From Bacillota bacterium (GTDB lineage Bacteria > Bacillota > Clostridia > Christensenellales > Borkfalkiaceae): a stretch of DNA of 43,404 bases. A program made the translations under genes and the position numbers. Below are positions 1 through 9,987 of this stretch, piece after piece; position 1 is the first letter of the stretch; each line of letters opens with the position of its first letter. The DNA lies in contig JAEYEN010000024.1 in NCBI GenBank assembly GCA_023403375.1, forward strand, positions 1-43,404, written 5' to 3'. A model generated the notes under the pieces. That model ran no database searches, had not been told where the DNA came from, and saw only the letters and a program-made list of their open reading frames with translations.

Positions 1-16
1 ACCTTCGACTTAAAAA

Positions 17-715
17 CTAAACGGCAAACACGTGTTGTCCGATAGTTACGGTTGTTCTTCTCGAAAATATCCACGAACTCGTTGCCGTGGACGGATTATA
101 ATAGTAAATCGCGCCGTAGGTGGGGTCCCAGCCGTTCATTGCGTCCTGCGCGGCTTTTTTAGCCGTTGCGTCCGGCGATAAGTTTATCTGCCCGTCGGCA
201 ACCGCCGTAAAGGCATAGGACTGATATATAACGCCTGCCATAGTGTTGGGGAAAGACGAACTTTTAATTCTGTTCATAACCACGGCGCCGACCGCCACTT
301 GTCCCACGTAACTTTCTCCCCTTGCTTCGCCGTAGATTAGTCTTGCAAGTAAGTTTACGTCCGAATTAGAATAAGACGACGAACTGCCGCTGCTCCCCGA
401 CGTGCTCATCCCGAGTGCTTTCAGGGTTTTGTTTCCGACGATACCGTCCGCCGTCAAGCCGTTTTTCTTCTGAAAGGCTATAACCGCTTTTTTGGTCCGG
501 CTTCCGAAAACGCCGTCTACCTTTCCGTTGTAATAACCCCAGTTTTTAAGTTTTTGCTGCAACGTTTTTACGGTTGCGCCCGAGTTGCCCTGTTTTAACG
601 TCGCCGCGCAAACCACTGCGGGTAATTGCGCTTTCGGTAAAAGAAGGGTGGTTGCGAACGTCGAAACGCCAAGCATTAAAACCGCCGCCAAAATTATAGT
701 TATTCTCTTTTTCAT
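17..715 (-). CDS. sleB: SleB-like spore cortex-lytic enzyme (signal/TM segment + peptidoglycan-binding domain + SleB hydrolase domain)
   Basis: 232-aa ORF. Hydrophobic N-terminus, PG-binding repeat ([37 protein letters not shown]), Ser-rich linker, and C-terminal SleB-type motif [22 protein letters not shown]. Overlaps the spoIIR stop by 4 nt. Confidence 0.85.
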   Translation of the reverse strand: MKKRITIILAAVLMLGVSTFATTLLLPKAQLPAVVCAATLKQGNSGATVKTLQQKLKNWGYYNGKVDGVFGSRTKKAVIAFQKKNGLTADGIVGNKTLKALGMSTSGSSGSSSSYSNSDVNLLARLIYGEARGESYVGQVAVGAVVMNRIKSSSFPNTMAGVIYQSYAFTAVADGQINLSPDATAKKAAQDAMNGWDPTYGAIYYYNPSTATSSWIFSRRTTVTIGQHVFAV

Positions 716-1257
716 TTACTCTCCTTGTTTTTCAAAAAATCGTTTATGATTTCGTAAATTTTGCTTTTTACGACGTATCCGCTATTACCGCCCGTAAAAC
801 AAAGCGGTGGATATACCACGCACCACCAGTTGTTGCCTTCGCCGCTTCCTAATTCTAAAATGAGCGCTTTATAAAACCCGTTTTCAAGCGTTAAATCGCC
901 GTAAGTTCTCGTGGGGAACTCTTCTACTCTTACGCTCGCTCTGGCTTTATAATCGAAGCCGTTTTCATAGAGCACGCCGTCCGCTACTTTCTCTATTTTG
1001 GAAAGATTGTCGCTTAGCATATTTTCCGCTTTTTCTTTCGTGTCGCACTCCGCGATATAGGGCGTTAAAAATTTCACAACCGCGTCCCTTACCAGATATT
1101 TAACGTTCTGGTCGGTTTCGCTGTTGGAATCGGCGCGGATATGTATTCTTAAATATTCGGTATTCGGTTGCGACTCGCCGTTTATCATCGTATACGCCGC
1201 AAATATAGTCAAAATTATTATGGCGAATGTTATTAAACTTATGCAGATTTTTTTCAT
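712..1257 (-). CDS. spoIIR: Stage II sporulation protein R
   Basis: 181-aa ORF with an N-terminal TM/signal segment and the SpoIIR hallmark [30 protein letters not shown] ribosome-binding site upstream. Confidence 0.85.
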   Translation of the reverse strand: MKKICISLITFAIIILTIFAAYTMINGESQPNTEYLRIHIRADSNSETDQNVKYLVRDAVVKFLTPYIAECDTKEKAENMLSDNLSKIEKVADGVLYENGFDYKARASVRVEEFPTRTYGDLTLENGFYKALILELGSGEGNNWWCVVYPPLCFTGGNSGYVVKSKIYEIINDFLKNKESK

Positions 1258-1287
1258 TGTTTGCTCTCCGTAATTTTTTTACCTTTC

Positions 1288-1317
1288 TTTTATTGCCGCC
1301 TATCCCGATTTTTATAC
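1288..1317 (-). promoter_or_regulatory. Candidate forespore sigma-F-type promoter for spoIIR
   Basis: The minus strand reads GTATA-N15-GGCAATAAAA, ending about 30 nt upstream of the spoIIR ATG. It fits GYATA-N15-GGnRAnAnTW with one mismatch. Confidence 0.35.
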
Positions 1318-1558
1318 TTTAATTAAAAAATTTTTATACGTTAACAAAAAGCAAATTTTCCCCAACCAAAAAACGCGCCCTGTAAATACTTGCTGTAAAC
1401 GCGCAACGCAAACACCCACCCCCCTTGGATGCGACCTGCGAATACGCTCCGCAAAAAACAAAAAAGCACAGGATAACTCCTTGCGCTTTTATATTCTTTT
1501 ATATTTTATATTGTTTTATGTTTCTATGCCCTTATCTTTTATATTATGTTTAATCTTT

Positions 1559-3085
1559 TTAGAGCATAGGCTGAAACAGATTCATAAAAGAAGTGATTAT
1601 TCTTGTTATAAATCCGCGTTTTATCTTTTTCGGGTCTATCAGTTCAGACTCCGAAACGACTTCTTCAAAATCTTTGGCAATATCTTTTATGCAGTCGGCG
1701 TTATAAAGGTTTACACCGCACTCGAAGTGATGAACCAAACTTCTGTAATCCAGATTGACCGTTCCGACAAACGCCGCCTTATCGTCTACCAGCAACTGTT
1801 TGGAATGAATGAACCCGGGGGTGTATTCGTAAATTTTAACGCCCGCTTCCGTCAAAAACTTATAGTTGGAACGGGTAACCGAAAAGATGAGTTTTTTATC
1901 GGGTATGTGCGGAGTGATTATTCTGACGTCCACTCCCCGAAGCGCAGCGTTTCGTATCGCTAAAATCAAACTGTAATCGGGGATAAGATAAGGCGTGGTG
2001 ATATAAAGTTTTTGTTTTGCCACCCCTATTAAATTAAGAAAATTGTTTTCGGCAATAGCTTCTTCGTAAAGCGGTTTCGGTCCGTCGAAAAAGGGCTGAA
2101 CGTAGCCCGCATCTGTGAATTTGGACGATTTAACGCCGAGAAAATTTATATATTCGGATTTTCTGCCCGAAGAAACGTCGAACAAAAACAAAAAGTTCAT
2201 CGTAAACACTTTAACCGCCGAACCCTTTATTTTTATCGCAGAATCTTTCCATTTCCCGAAACGTTGCTTTTCGTTTATATATTCGTCGCTTAAATTCGCG
2301 CCGCCCGTAAACGCGGTAACGCCGTCTATAACCACAACTTTCCTGTGGTCGCGGTTATTGTATTTTCCCGAAGCGGTGGGGCCGAGCGGATTAAACATAA
2401 CGCAGTTAAACCCTTGCTTTTTAAGTTTTCGCTTAAAATCGGGCGGGTTGCCGAAAGAGCCCAAATCGTCGTACATTATTCTGACCTCTACCCCTTCGCG
2501 CAGTTTTTTAAGAAGAATTTCCTTTATTTCTCCCCACATTTTGCCGTTGTGGATTATAAAAAATTGTATAAAAACAAATTTCTTCGCTTTTTTGAGTTCT
2601 TCTTTCAGGTCTGCAAAAAACGCTTCGCCCGACGGCAGAAATTCGGCGCGGTTGCCGTACGCCCCCGTTACGCCCGACGTATTAAAAAGGTATTTGCTTA
2701 TACCCATATAATCCGAATAGTCCGCCCCGTCCTTTTCTTCTGCCATACTGTCGGACGGAAGAAGTTTTACGGTGTCTTTATAAAATTTGTCAAGCGTAGC
2801 CGCGTCTTTCTTTTTAAGTTTCGGACCCGAATACAATAAATAAAAAACGGTGCCAACGACGGGAAGGACGAAAAGCACCACTGCCCACGCAAGTTTATAC
2901 TCCGTGGGTTCTTTTTTATTGACAAGCGAGAAAAAGGCAATAATACCGACAATCAAACTCACCGCCTGAAAGAGCGCGTACCATTCCTTAAACAGCCAGA
3001 TTACCGCGACAATTAACCCTAATTGCGCCAAAAATGCAAGAATGGTTAAAAACGCTCTGCTGAATAACAGTTTAAAAAACTTCAT
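1559..3085 (-). CDS. cls: Cardiolipin synthase (two PLD/HKD domains, N-terminal TM helices)
   Basis: 508-aa ORF with two HxK motifs (HRKVVVIDG and HSKQLLVDD) and two N-terminal TM segments. Confidence 0.9.
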   Translation of the reverse strand: MKFFKLLFSRAFLTILAFLAQLGLIVAVIWLFKEWYALFQAVSLIVGIIAFFSLVNKKEPTEYKLAWAVVLFVLPVVGTVFYLLYSGPKLKKKDAATLDKFYKDTVKLLPSDSMAEEKDGADYSDYMGISKYLFNTSGVTGAYGNRAEFLPSGEAFFADLKEELKKAKKFVFIQFFIIHNGKMWGEIKEILLKKLREGVEVRIMYDDLGSFGNPPDFKRKLKKQGFNCVMFNPLGPTASGKYNNRDHRKVVVIDGVTAFTGGANLSDEYINEKQRFGKWKDSAIKIKGSAVKVFTMNFLFLFDVSSGRKSEYINFLGVKSSKFTDAGYVQPFFDGPKPLYEEAIAENNFLNLIGVAKQKLYITTPYLIPDYSLILAIRNAALRGVDVRIITPHIPDKKLIFSVTRSNYKFLTEAGVKIYEYTPGFIHSKQLLVDDKAAFVGTVNLDYRSLVHHFECGVNLYNADCIKDIAKDFEEVVSESELIDPKKIKRGFITRIITSFMNLFQPML

Positions 3086-3262
3086 GCTCTCTTCCCGTAA
3101 GGCAAAATTATCGCCGCCTTATCCCGACTATAAATCTTTATACCCGGTAAATCTTAATACTTGGTTTTTTTCGTTTATAAACAAAAATCCGTTTTTTGCT
3201 TCTGCCTTACAAATTCCGACCGAATTATCCGTTTATAAACGCTTAAAATTATTATACCCCTT

Positions 3263-3703
3263 TTAATTGTTTTTTTCAAGTTTTTCTTTTATCTCTTTTA
3301 TGGCTTCTTTGTATCCTGCAAAACCCTTACCGCAAACGGTGGTAAACGCGTATAAACTTACGTAACTTTTCTTTCTGAATTCTTCTCTGTTGTTAACGTC
3401 CGTCAGGTGCACTTCCGCCGTCGGAATACCCACCGCTTTCAAAGCGTCTAATATCGCCACGCTCGTATGCGTGTACGCCGCGGGGTTTATCACTATGCCG
3501 TCGTATTTTTTATACGCTTTCTGTATATATTCGCAAATTTTACCTTCATAATTAGAAAACACGCATTTAACCGTAACGCCAAGTTCTTTTGCGGAAGTTT
3601 TAATGTATTTTACCAGCGACTTATAGTCTTGTTTTCCGTAAAGCGCAGGCTCTCTTATCCCCAGCATATTAAGGTTCACGCCGTTAATAACTAAAATCTT
3701 CAT
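3263..3703 (-). CDS. aroQ: 3-dehydroquinate dehydratase, type II
   Basis: 146 aa. Motifs ILVINGVNLNMLGIREPALYG, NPAAYTHTSVAI and HLTDVNNREEFRKKS. Confidence 0.9.
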   Translation of the reverse strand: MKILVINGVNLNMLGIREPALYGKQDYKSLVKYIKTSAKELGVTVKCVFSNYEGKICEYIQKAYKKYDGIVINPAAYTHTSVAILDALKAVGIPTAEVHLTDVNNREEFRKKSYVSLYAFTTVCGKGFAGYKEAIKEIKEKLEKNN

Positions 3704-5069
3704 AAATTTTTACCGCCTTTATAACGCACTCGTCTATCGTAGCGTCGTTTTTAATTTTGTAATCGCAAGTTTTTTCGTATAAATCTTTTCTTTCGCCGAA
3801 AAGTTTTTCTATGCTTTTTTGTCTGGAAACGGGTCTGTTTTTATCGGTAAGAAGCGCCAAATCTCTTTCGATATAGATAACTATGCCGTTTTGGGAAAGC
3901 CGCTTAACGTTTTGCGGACGGACTACCGCGCCGCCGCCCGTCGATATAACGCAGTTCTGTAATGCGGCGACCTTTTTTATAATCTCTTCTTCTATATCGC
4001 GAAACGCCTGTTCGCCGTCTTTTAAGATTATTTCCGCAGCGCTTTTTCCCGTGCTCTTTTTTATCTCTTCGTCAGTGTCGATAAAGGTTTTATTGAGTTT
4101 TTCGGCAAGAATTCTGCCCACCGAAGTTTTCCCGCAGGACGGCATACCCGTAAGCGTTATATTAAGTTTACCGCGGCGAAGTTCCCTGTAAATTCTCTCT
4201 ATAACAAGAACTTCTTCTTCCGAAAGAATTTCTTTTTCCGAAAACGCGGCGCCGTTATCCGACGACGGGCGCCCGTCCGCCGACAAAGCAGTGTCGTTAC
4301 CCAACGGAACGTGTTTATTGCCTGACGAAACGCGTTTGTTGCCTGACGGAACGCGCGCGCCGTCCGATGAAAAACGCTCGCTTTCCCAGATTTTTTCCGC
4401 GGCGACAGCCTGCGCAATCAGCATAGGCAGTCCGCCCGAACATTTTATACCCGCTTTTTCCGAATTCAATATAAGTTGGGTTTTAAGCGGATTGTATCCG
4501 CAGTCGAACACGAATTCTAACCGCTTAAACTTAAAAACGTCTAAAACCGCGCCGTCCAAATCGGGGCTTGTGCCTACGGGCGTGGCGTTTATTATAACTT
4601 CCGTATCGGGCAAAAGGTCGTAACAGTTAGTATAATTTATCTCGCCCGTGCGACTTACGTAATTTACGCTGAGCGCGTTTTTCTTTTTGCAAAGATACTC
4701 GGCGGTTTTTCTCGTTCCGCCGCTACCCGCAATCAGAACGCGCTTGCCCTTCAAGTCCGCTCCCGCACGGGTTACGGCATATTCCATACCCAAAACGTCG
4801 GTATTGAACCCATAATATAACCCACCCGATTTTTTCACGGTGTTAACGCCGCCTATGGCTTCCGCTTCGGGCGACAGATAGTCCATATATTTTAAAACTT
4901 CTTCCTTATACGGAATGGTAACGTTAAATCCGTCGTAAATATTATCGCGCAAAAAACCGTCTAACTTGTCCTGCGGAATCTCTTTAAGCCCGTAATCGAA
5001 CCCGTTTTTTTTATGAATGTCCCCCGAAAAACTGTAAGACAATTTTTTTCCTATCAAGCAATATTTCAT
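3684..5069 (-). CDS. aroE-aroK: Fused shikimate dehydrogenase (N-terminal) / shikimate kinase (C-terminal)
   Basis: 461 aa. The N-terminal ~235 aa are AroE-like (NVTIPYK, GVNTV, GSGGTRKT Rossmann). The C-terminal ~170 aa are AroK-like (P-loop GMPSCGKTSVGR, DTDEEI, STGGG). The two parts are joined by a low-complexity linker. Confidence 0.85.
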   Translation of the reverse strand: MKYCLIGKKLSYSFSGDIHKKNGFDYGLKEIPQDKLDGFLRDNIYDGFNVTIPYKEEVLKYMDYLSPEAEAIGGVNTVKKSGGLYYGFNTDVLGMEYAVTRAGADLKGKRVLIAGSGGTRKTAEYLCKKKNALSVNYVSRTGEINYTNCYDLLPDTEVIINATPVGTSPDLDGAVLDVFKFKRLEFVFDCGYNPLKTQLILNSEKAGIKCSGGLPMLIAQAVAAEKIWESERFSSDGARVPSGNKRVSSGNKHVPLGNDTALSADGRPSSDNGAAFSEKEILSEEEVLVIERIYRELRRGKLNITLTGMPSCGKTSVGRILAEKLNKTFIDTDEEIKKSTGKSAAEIILKDGEQAFRDIEEEIIKKVAALQNCVISTGGGAVVRPQNVKRLSQNGIVIYIERDLALLTDKNRPVSRQKSIEKLFGERKDLYEKTCDYKIKNDATIDECVIKAVKIYEDFSY

Positions 5070-5171
5070 ACAAAATTTTTCCGAAAAATGTTTTGGTCTG
5101 TTTCTTTGTAACGTTTCGGTCTGTCTTTTTTAATTCTGTCGTCGTTTCCGAAACGGCAAGCCGCGTAAAAA

Positions 5172-6314
5172 TTAAACCGTTTCTTTATACGCGCCAAGGA
5201 ATACGAACTTATCGGAGCCGTTTTCCAAATCCGCGATTAAACTCTGAACGTCTTTATTTTTAATGTCGCCTTCGAAATCGAAATAGAACATAAATTCAAA
5301 ATCCGTTCCTTCTATCGGGCGCGATTCGATTTTGGTCATATTAAGCCCTAAGCAAGAAAATCTCATAAGCAGTCTGTTAAGACTTCCCGCAGTATGCGGA
5401 AGAGCGGTCATCAGGCTTATTTTATCGCATCCGTCTATAAGCGCGGGGTCTTTCGATATACAGATAAATCTCGTATAGTTATCCGCAACGTTCTGAATGT
5501 TTCTGTCTATAATTTTAAGTCCGTAACGTTTAGCCGAACGCGGAGAACAGATAACCGCGGCGGTAGTATCGCCGCTTGCCGATAAATTTTTAGCCGCCGC
5601 GGCGGTGTTTGCACATTCTTCTTTTTCTAATTTATGGCTTAAAATGTATTCGGAACACTGCCCCAATGCCTGTGGATGAGAATAGACTTTCTTTATCGCC
5701 CTTTCTTCTGCCAGCGGAAGAGCCGCCAGACAATGCTCTATTTTGAGTTTTGCCGCGCGGACGATATAGAAACGGTGCTTTTTCATCAGGTCGTACACTT
5801 CCGAAACCGAACCGAACGTGCTGTTTTCTATCGGCAACACGCCGTAGTCGCAAAGTCCGCGTTCAACCGCAGAGAAAACGCCGTCAAACGACTTGAAAAA
5901 AGTTACGTCCGAAATGGGGAAGAACTTTTCCGCCGCCGATTCGCTGTACGCGCCTTCCACACCCTGACAGGCAACCGCCGCTCTCACGGGCATTTCTTTA
6001 ACGCCTTCTTCTATGAGTTTTTTCAGCACTTCCACCGTGGGCGAAGATTTTTTTATTATAGCCGACTGGTACGCCTTAGACGCCGCAAAAAGCGTGGCGT
6101 AAAGTTCTTTAACGTACATTTTAAGTTTATCGGGAACGTTTTCGGTAATTCTGTATAAAATCTCCGCTTCTCTCTTCCCGTCGGTAATCTGTGCGTCTGT
6201 TTTGGCTTTTTCTTCCGCCACGAAACCGCAAACCTTAAACCTTTCCAAAAGTTCTTTTATAAGTCTGTCGTCTATTTCGTCTATCTCTTTTCTTAACTGT
6301 TCTAAATCCGCCAC
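5172..6314 (-). CDS. pheA: Bifunctional chorismate mutase / prephenate dehydratase (P-protein) with ACT domain
   Basis: 380 aa. N-terminal CM helix motif LRKEIDEIDDRLIKELLERF, a central PDT domain (VACQGVEGAYSE .. YTRF) and a C-terminal ACT-like region. Confidence 0.85.
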   Translation of the reverse strand: MADLEQLRKEIDEIDDRLIKELLERFKVCGFVAEEKAKTDAQITDGKREAEILYRITENVPDKLKMYVKELYATLFAASKAYQSAIIKKSSPTVEVLKKLIEEGVKEMPVRAAVACQGVEGAYSESAAEKFFPISDVTFFKSFDGVFSAVERGLCDYGVLPIENSTFGSVSEVYDLMKKHRFYIVRAAKLKIEHCLAALPLAEERAIKKVYSHPQALGQCSEYILSHKLEKEECANTAAAAKNLSASGDTTAAVICSPRSAKRYGLKIIDRNIQNVADNYTRFICISKDPALIDGCDKISLMTALPHTAGSLNRLLMRFSCLGLNMTKIESRPIEGTDFEFMFYFDFEGDIKNKDVQSLIADLENGSDKFVFLGAYKETV

Positions 6315-6421
6315 AATTTTTACCGTCCTTTATTTTTTTAATGTTTTTATTATTTTTTGCAATACTGTTTTTAATATCTTTGTTTTGCCAAAGATTATCT
6401 GCCTTTTCGCTTAATATTAAT

Positions 6422-7507
6422 TTAGTTTTGTTTTTTATTTTCCTTTTCAAAAGCGATAATTTCGTCAGTCAGCGCGATTGCCGCCGCGCTTTCTATAACG
6501 GGCACCGCTCTCGGCAGAATACACGCGTCGTGTCTGCCGGCGATTTTTATTTCCGCGTTTGTTTTGTTTACCAAATCCACCGTGCGTTGCAGCTTCGATA
6601 TAGACGGCGTGGGTTTTACTGCAACGCCTATCGTTACGTCTTCTCCGCAAGCAATTCCGCCGTAAATTCCGCCTGCGTTTTCGGAATAAAACTTTATTTT
6701 TCCGTCCTGATAAAACATTTCGTCGTTTACTTCGCTTGCCCTTTTATCGCAAAAAGAAAAGCCAAGTCCGAACTCCACGCCTTTTACCGCAGGCACCGCG
6801 TAAATCGCAGACGATAACATTCCTTCCAGCCCGCCAAACAGGTTATCGCCCATTCCCGCAGGTAGCCCCGATATAACGCACTCTATTCTGCCGCCCACGG
6901 AATCGCCGTCCGCTTTCGCATTTTTTATTTCTTCCGTCATTTCGGCTTTTTTGTCTAACGACGGGTATTCGCCCGTTCTTTTATTTTCAATTTCGTTTAC
7001 CGTTAATTTTCGGTCTTTATACGATAATCCGTTTACGTTGCCCGTTTTTGCGATAAACGCCGCAATACGTATTCCGCGCGCTTCGAGATACTGTTTGCAA
7101 ATACCGCCCACCACGCAAAACGGTGCGGTAAGCCTTCCGGAAAACCTGCCGCCGCCCGTAAAAGACAGCGTTCCGTCTTTAAGATAAGCGCAAATATCTG
7201 CATGATTAGGTCTTGGCTTTCCGTAAAGATTGTCGTAATCTCCGCTTTTAACGTTGCGGTTTAATATATAAAATGAAAACTCGCCGTCGATAGCCCCGTC
7301 GCTTATACCTTCAAAAACAGGTTCGTCCGCTTCTGTCCGCGCGGTCGAAAATACTCCGCCGCCCGCTTTCCGCCGCGATAAAAAGCCGTTAAGTTGGTCA
7401 AAATCGGGCGAGAATTTCGGAAAGCCTTTAACTACCGCGCCGATTTTTTCGGAATGGGATTCCCCGAATATTTCCACGCTTAAATTTTTTCCGTTAAACA
7501 CCGACAT
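6422..7507 (-). CDS. aroC: Chorismate synthase
   Basis: 361 aa. Motifs FGESHS, RPGHAD-like RPNHADI and GRHDACILPRAV. Confidence 0.9.
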   Translation of the reverse strand: MSVFNGKNLSVEIFGESHSEKIGAVVKGFPKFSPDFDQLNGFLSRRKAGGGVFSTARTEADEPVFEGISDGAIDGEFSFYILNRNVKSGDYDNLYGKPRPNHADICAYLKDGTLSFTGGGRFSGRLTAPFCVVGGICKQYLEARGIRIAAFIAKTGNVNGLSYKDRKLTVNEIENKRTGEYPSLDKKAEMTEEIKNAKADGDSVGGRIECVISGLPAGMGDNLFGGLEGMLSSAIYAVPAVKGVEFGLGFSFCDKRASEVNDEMFYQDGKIKFYSENAGGIYGGIACGEDVTIGVAVKPTPSISKLQRTVDLVNKTNAEIKIAGRHDACILPRAVPVIESAAAIALTDEIIAFEKENKKQN

Positions 7508-8912
7508 TTACGTTTTCTCCTAATTTAATCAAATCTTCAAAAAATGCGGGGTAAGATTTTTCCACCGCCTGCGCGCCCGTTATAAGCGTTTCGCCCGTCG
7601 CACCCGCGCCAAGTACCGCCGCCGACATAACCGTTCTGTGGTCGTTTCCGCCGTCCGTTTGAAAGCCTTGCGGCGTTCCGCCCGTGATTTTAATGCTGTT
7701 TCCGTCGAAAACCGCGGCGATTTTCGCTTTTTCAAGCATAGACAAAATCGCTTCTATTCTGTCGCTCTCTTTAACCCTTAACCGTTCCACGTTTTTAAGT
7801 ACGGTAACTCCTTTTGCAAAAGCCGCCACCGCCGATATAACCTGAACCAAATCGGGGATATTTTCGCAATCCAGAGTTATCGCTTTAAGTTTATTTTTCT
7901 TTATCGTAACGCCGCCGTCCGCTTTCCGCACGTTCGCGCCCATTTTTTTGAGTACTTTTACGATTTTTTTGTCGCCCTGCCGCGATTTTAAGTTAAGCCC
8001 TTTAACCGTAACTTCACCGCAAATCGCGCCCAACGACAACATAAACGCCGCGCCCGAAAAATCGCCTTCCGTCAGATATTGCGCGCTGATGTTTTTTGCG
8101 CTTTTTCTACTTTTCGGTATAATTTTATATCCGTCTTTTCGCTTTAAGGTTTTAACGCCGAACGACTTTAATACGCTTCTCGTAACTTCTATATAATTCT
8201 CGCTTACTCTCTTTCCCGTAACCGTTATGCGGCTTGGTTTATCCGTAAAACCCAGCGCCAGCATAAGCCCCGTTACGTATTGAGAACTGACCGAAGCGTC
8301 TATAACGTATTCCCACCGTCTTATATTCGTTGTATTCGCCTCGGTTATATCGCTTTTTTTCTCGGTCTTTTGGCTTTTGCGGTCTGCTATTCCACCGCCC
8401 ACGGAAGCGCCGTTTTTACCGCTTGTCAAACGGTCTTCGGGCGTGCGGTGTGCCCCTCCCCCGTTCTCGGAAGCGCCGCAATTTAACTTTCCCCTTACGG
8501 AAAAGCCGCTGATTTTTGCGCCCTTTTTATTAAGACATTCTATCAACTTGTCCGCAGGGCGGGATAAAAGCCTTTCACCGCCCGTAAAGTCCGCTTTGAT
8601 TCCGAAAGCCGCCGCCACGGGCAATAAAAACCTTAAAGTAGAACCGCTTTCGCCGCAGTCGGCGGTTACTATTCTATCCGTTACGGGGGAAAAAGAATTT
8701 ACCGCAAAATCTCCGTTCTCGATTTTGCAGTCCGCCCCGAAAGATTTTAAGCATCTTGCGGTGGCGAGAACGTCTTTGCTTTCGCCCACGTTTTTAACCG
8801 TTATTTTTTTCCCGCTTAAAGCCGCCGCAATCATCAGCCTGTGCGCAAGCGTTTTAGAAGGCGGCGCGTTAATCGTGCCCGAAATTTCGGCAGGACAGAT
8901 TTTTACATTCAT
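7494..8912 (-). CDS. aroA: 3-phosphoshikimate 1-carboxyvinyltransferase (EPSP synthase) with an internal ~50-aa insertion
   Basis: 472 aa. Motifs PPSKTLAHR, GESGSTLRFL, DASVSSQY and KESDR. Overlaps aroC and aroB at both ends. Confidence 0.9.
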   Translation of the reverse strand: MNVKICPAEISGTINAPPSKTLAHRLMIAAALSGKKITVKNVGESKDVLATARCLKSFGADCKIENGDFAVNSFSPVTDRIVTADCGESGSTLRFLLPVAAAFGIKADFTGGERLLSRPADKLIECLNKKGAKISGFSVRGKLNCGASENGGGAHRTPEDRLTSGKNGASVGGGIADRKSQKTEKKSDITEANTTNIRRWEYVIDASVSSQYVTGLMLALGFTDKPSRITVTGKRVSENYIEVTRSVLKSFGVKTLKRKDGYKIIPKSRKSAKNISAQYLTEGDFSGAAFMLSLGAICGEVTVKGLNLKSRQGDKKIVKVLKKMGANVRKADGGVTIKKNKLKAITLDCENIPDLVQVISAVAAFAKGVTVLKNVERLRVKESDRIEAILSMLEKAKIAAVFDGNSIKITGGTPQGFQTDGGNDHRTVMSAAVLGAGATGETLITGAQAVEKSYPAFFEDLIKLGENVNVGV

Positions 8913-9940
8913 TTAACGTATTCTCCAAGTTTGCTTACGGAAAGGTTTTCTATACGGGCGGTCCCCGTTTTGTCGGATGTTATAAAACTTATCTCGTCGC
9001 CCTTTCTTTTTTTGTCGCTTTTTATCGCTTCCAAAAGTTTATCCGTTTCATACTCGCAATCGGGGTTTATGCCGAGCGATTCTGCTTCTTTTAAGAATTC
9101 TTGTAACTCTTCGCCGTCTTTGTTATAAAACTTTTTTGATAGAATAAGCGCGTATTTAATGCCTTTTACAACGCATATCCCGTGCGGAAGTTTATAACCC
9201 GAAACCTTTTCTATCGCGTGACCGAACGTATGCCCGAAGTTTAAAAGTTTACGTTCTCCGCTTTCTAACTCGTCCTTTTCTACTATGTCCGCTTTAATTT
9301 TAAGACAGTCGTAAATAAGTTGTTCGGTTATATCCGCAATTTTTCCGCCCGAATATTTTTTCTTGAATTCGGGCGATATATAAGTATACTTGATTATCTC
9401 GCCAAGTCCGTTTCTAATCTCTTTTTCGGGCAGTGTTTTCAAAAATTCCAGATTGACGTAAACTGCCGACGGCTGATAAAAAGTGCCGCAAAGATTTTTG
9501 CCTGCCTTTAAGTCTACCGCCGTCTTTCCGCCGATAGACGAATCCACCATTGATAAAAGCGAAGTCGGAAAAGCCACAAGCGTTATTCCGCGCATATAGG
9601 TAGACGCAACGAACGCGCCCAAATCGCCTGCAACGCCGCCGCCGAGCGTTACTATCCCGTCCTCTCTCGTAAACCCGTCTTTTGCGAGTTTATTAAGGAT
9701 TTTATTATAGTTTTTAATGTTTTTACTCTTTTCGCCGTGTTTTATCGTGTATAAAAACACTTTTTTTCCGTCAAACACCGCCTTTACCTTTTCAAAATAA
9801 AGTTTTGCGGTTATATCGTCCGCCACAATTCCTATTTTTTCGCCTTTGAACAGCGGCCTGCATACGCTTTTTGCGGCGGAAAGGTCGCTTGCGATTGTAA
9901 CGGAATAAATTTTGGCGGCGTTTACTTTAAGTGTCAACAT
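8909..9940 (-). CDS. aroB: 3-dehydroquinate synthase
   Basis: 343 aa. Motifs GGGVAGDLGAFVASTYMRG, GGKTAVDL and HTFGHAIE. Confidence 0.9.
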   Translation of the reverse strand: MLTLKVNAAKIYSVTIASDLSAAKSVCRPLFKGEKIGIVADDITAKLYFEKVKAVFDGKKVFLYTIKHGEKSKNIKNYNKILNKLAKDGFTREDGIVTLGGGVAGDLGAFVASTYMRGITLVAFPTSLLSMVDSSIGGKTAVDLKAGKNLCGTFYQPSAVYVNLEFLKTLPEKEIRNGLGEIIKYTYISPEFKKKYSGGKIADITEQLIYDCLKIKADIVEKDELESGERKLLNFGHTFGHAIEKVSGYKLPHGICVVKGIKYALILSKKFYNKDGEELQEFLKEAESLGINPDCEYETDKLLEAIKSDKKRKGDEISFITSDKTGTARIENLSVSKLGEYVK

Positions 9941-9987
9941 AAAATTTCTTTCCCTTTTCGGTTTTTTCTTTAATTTGGCGGACGTCT

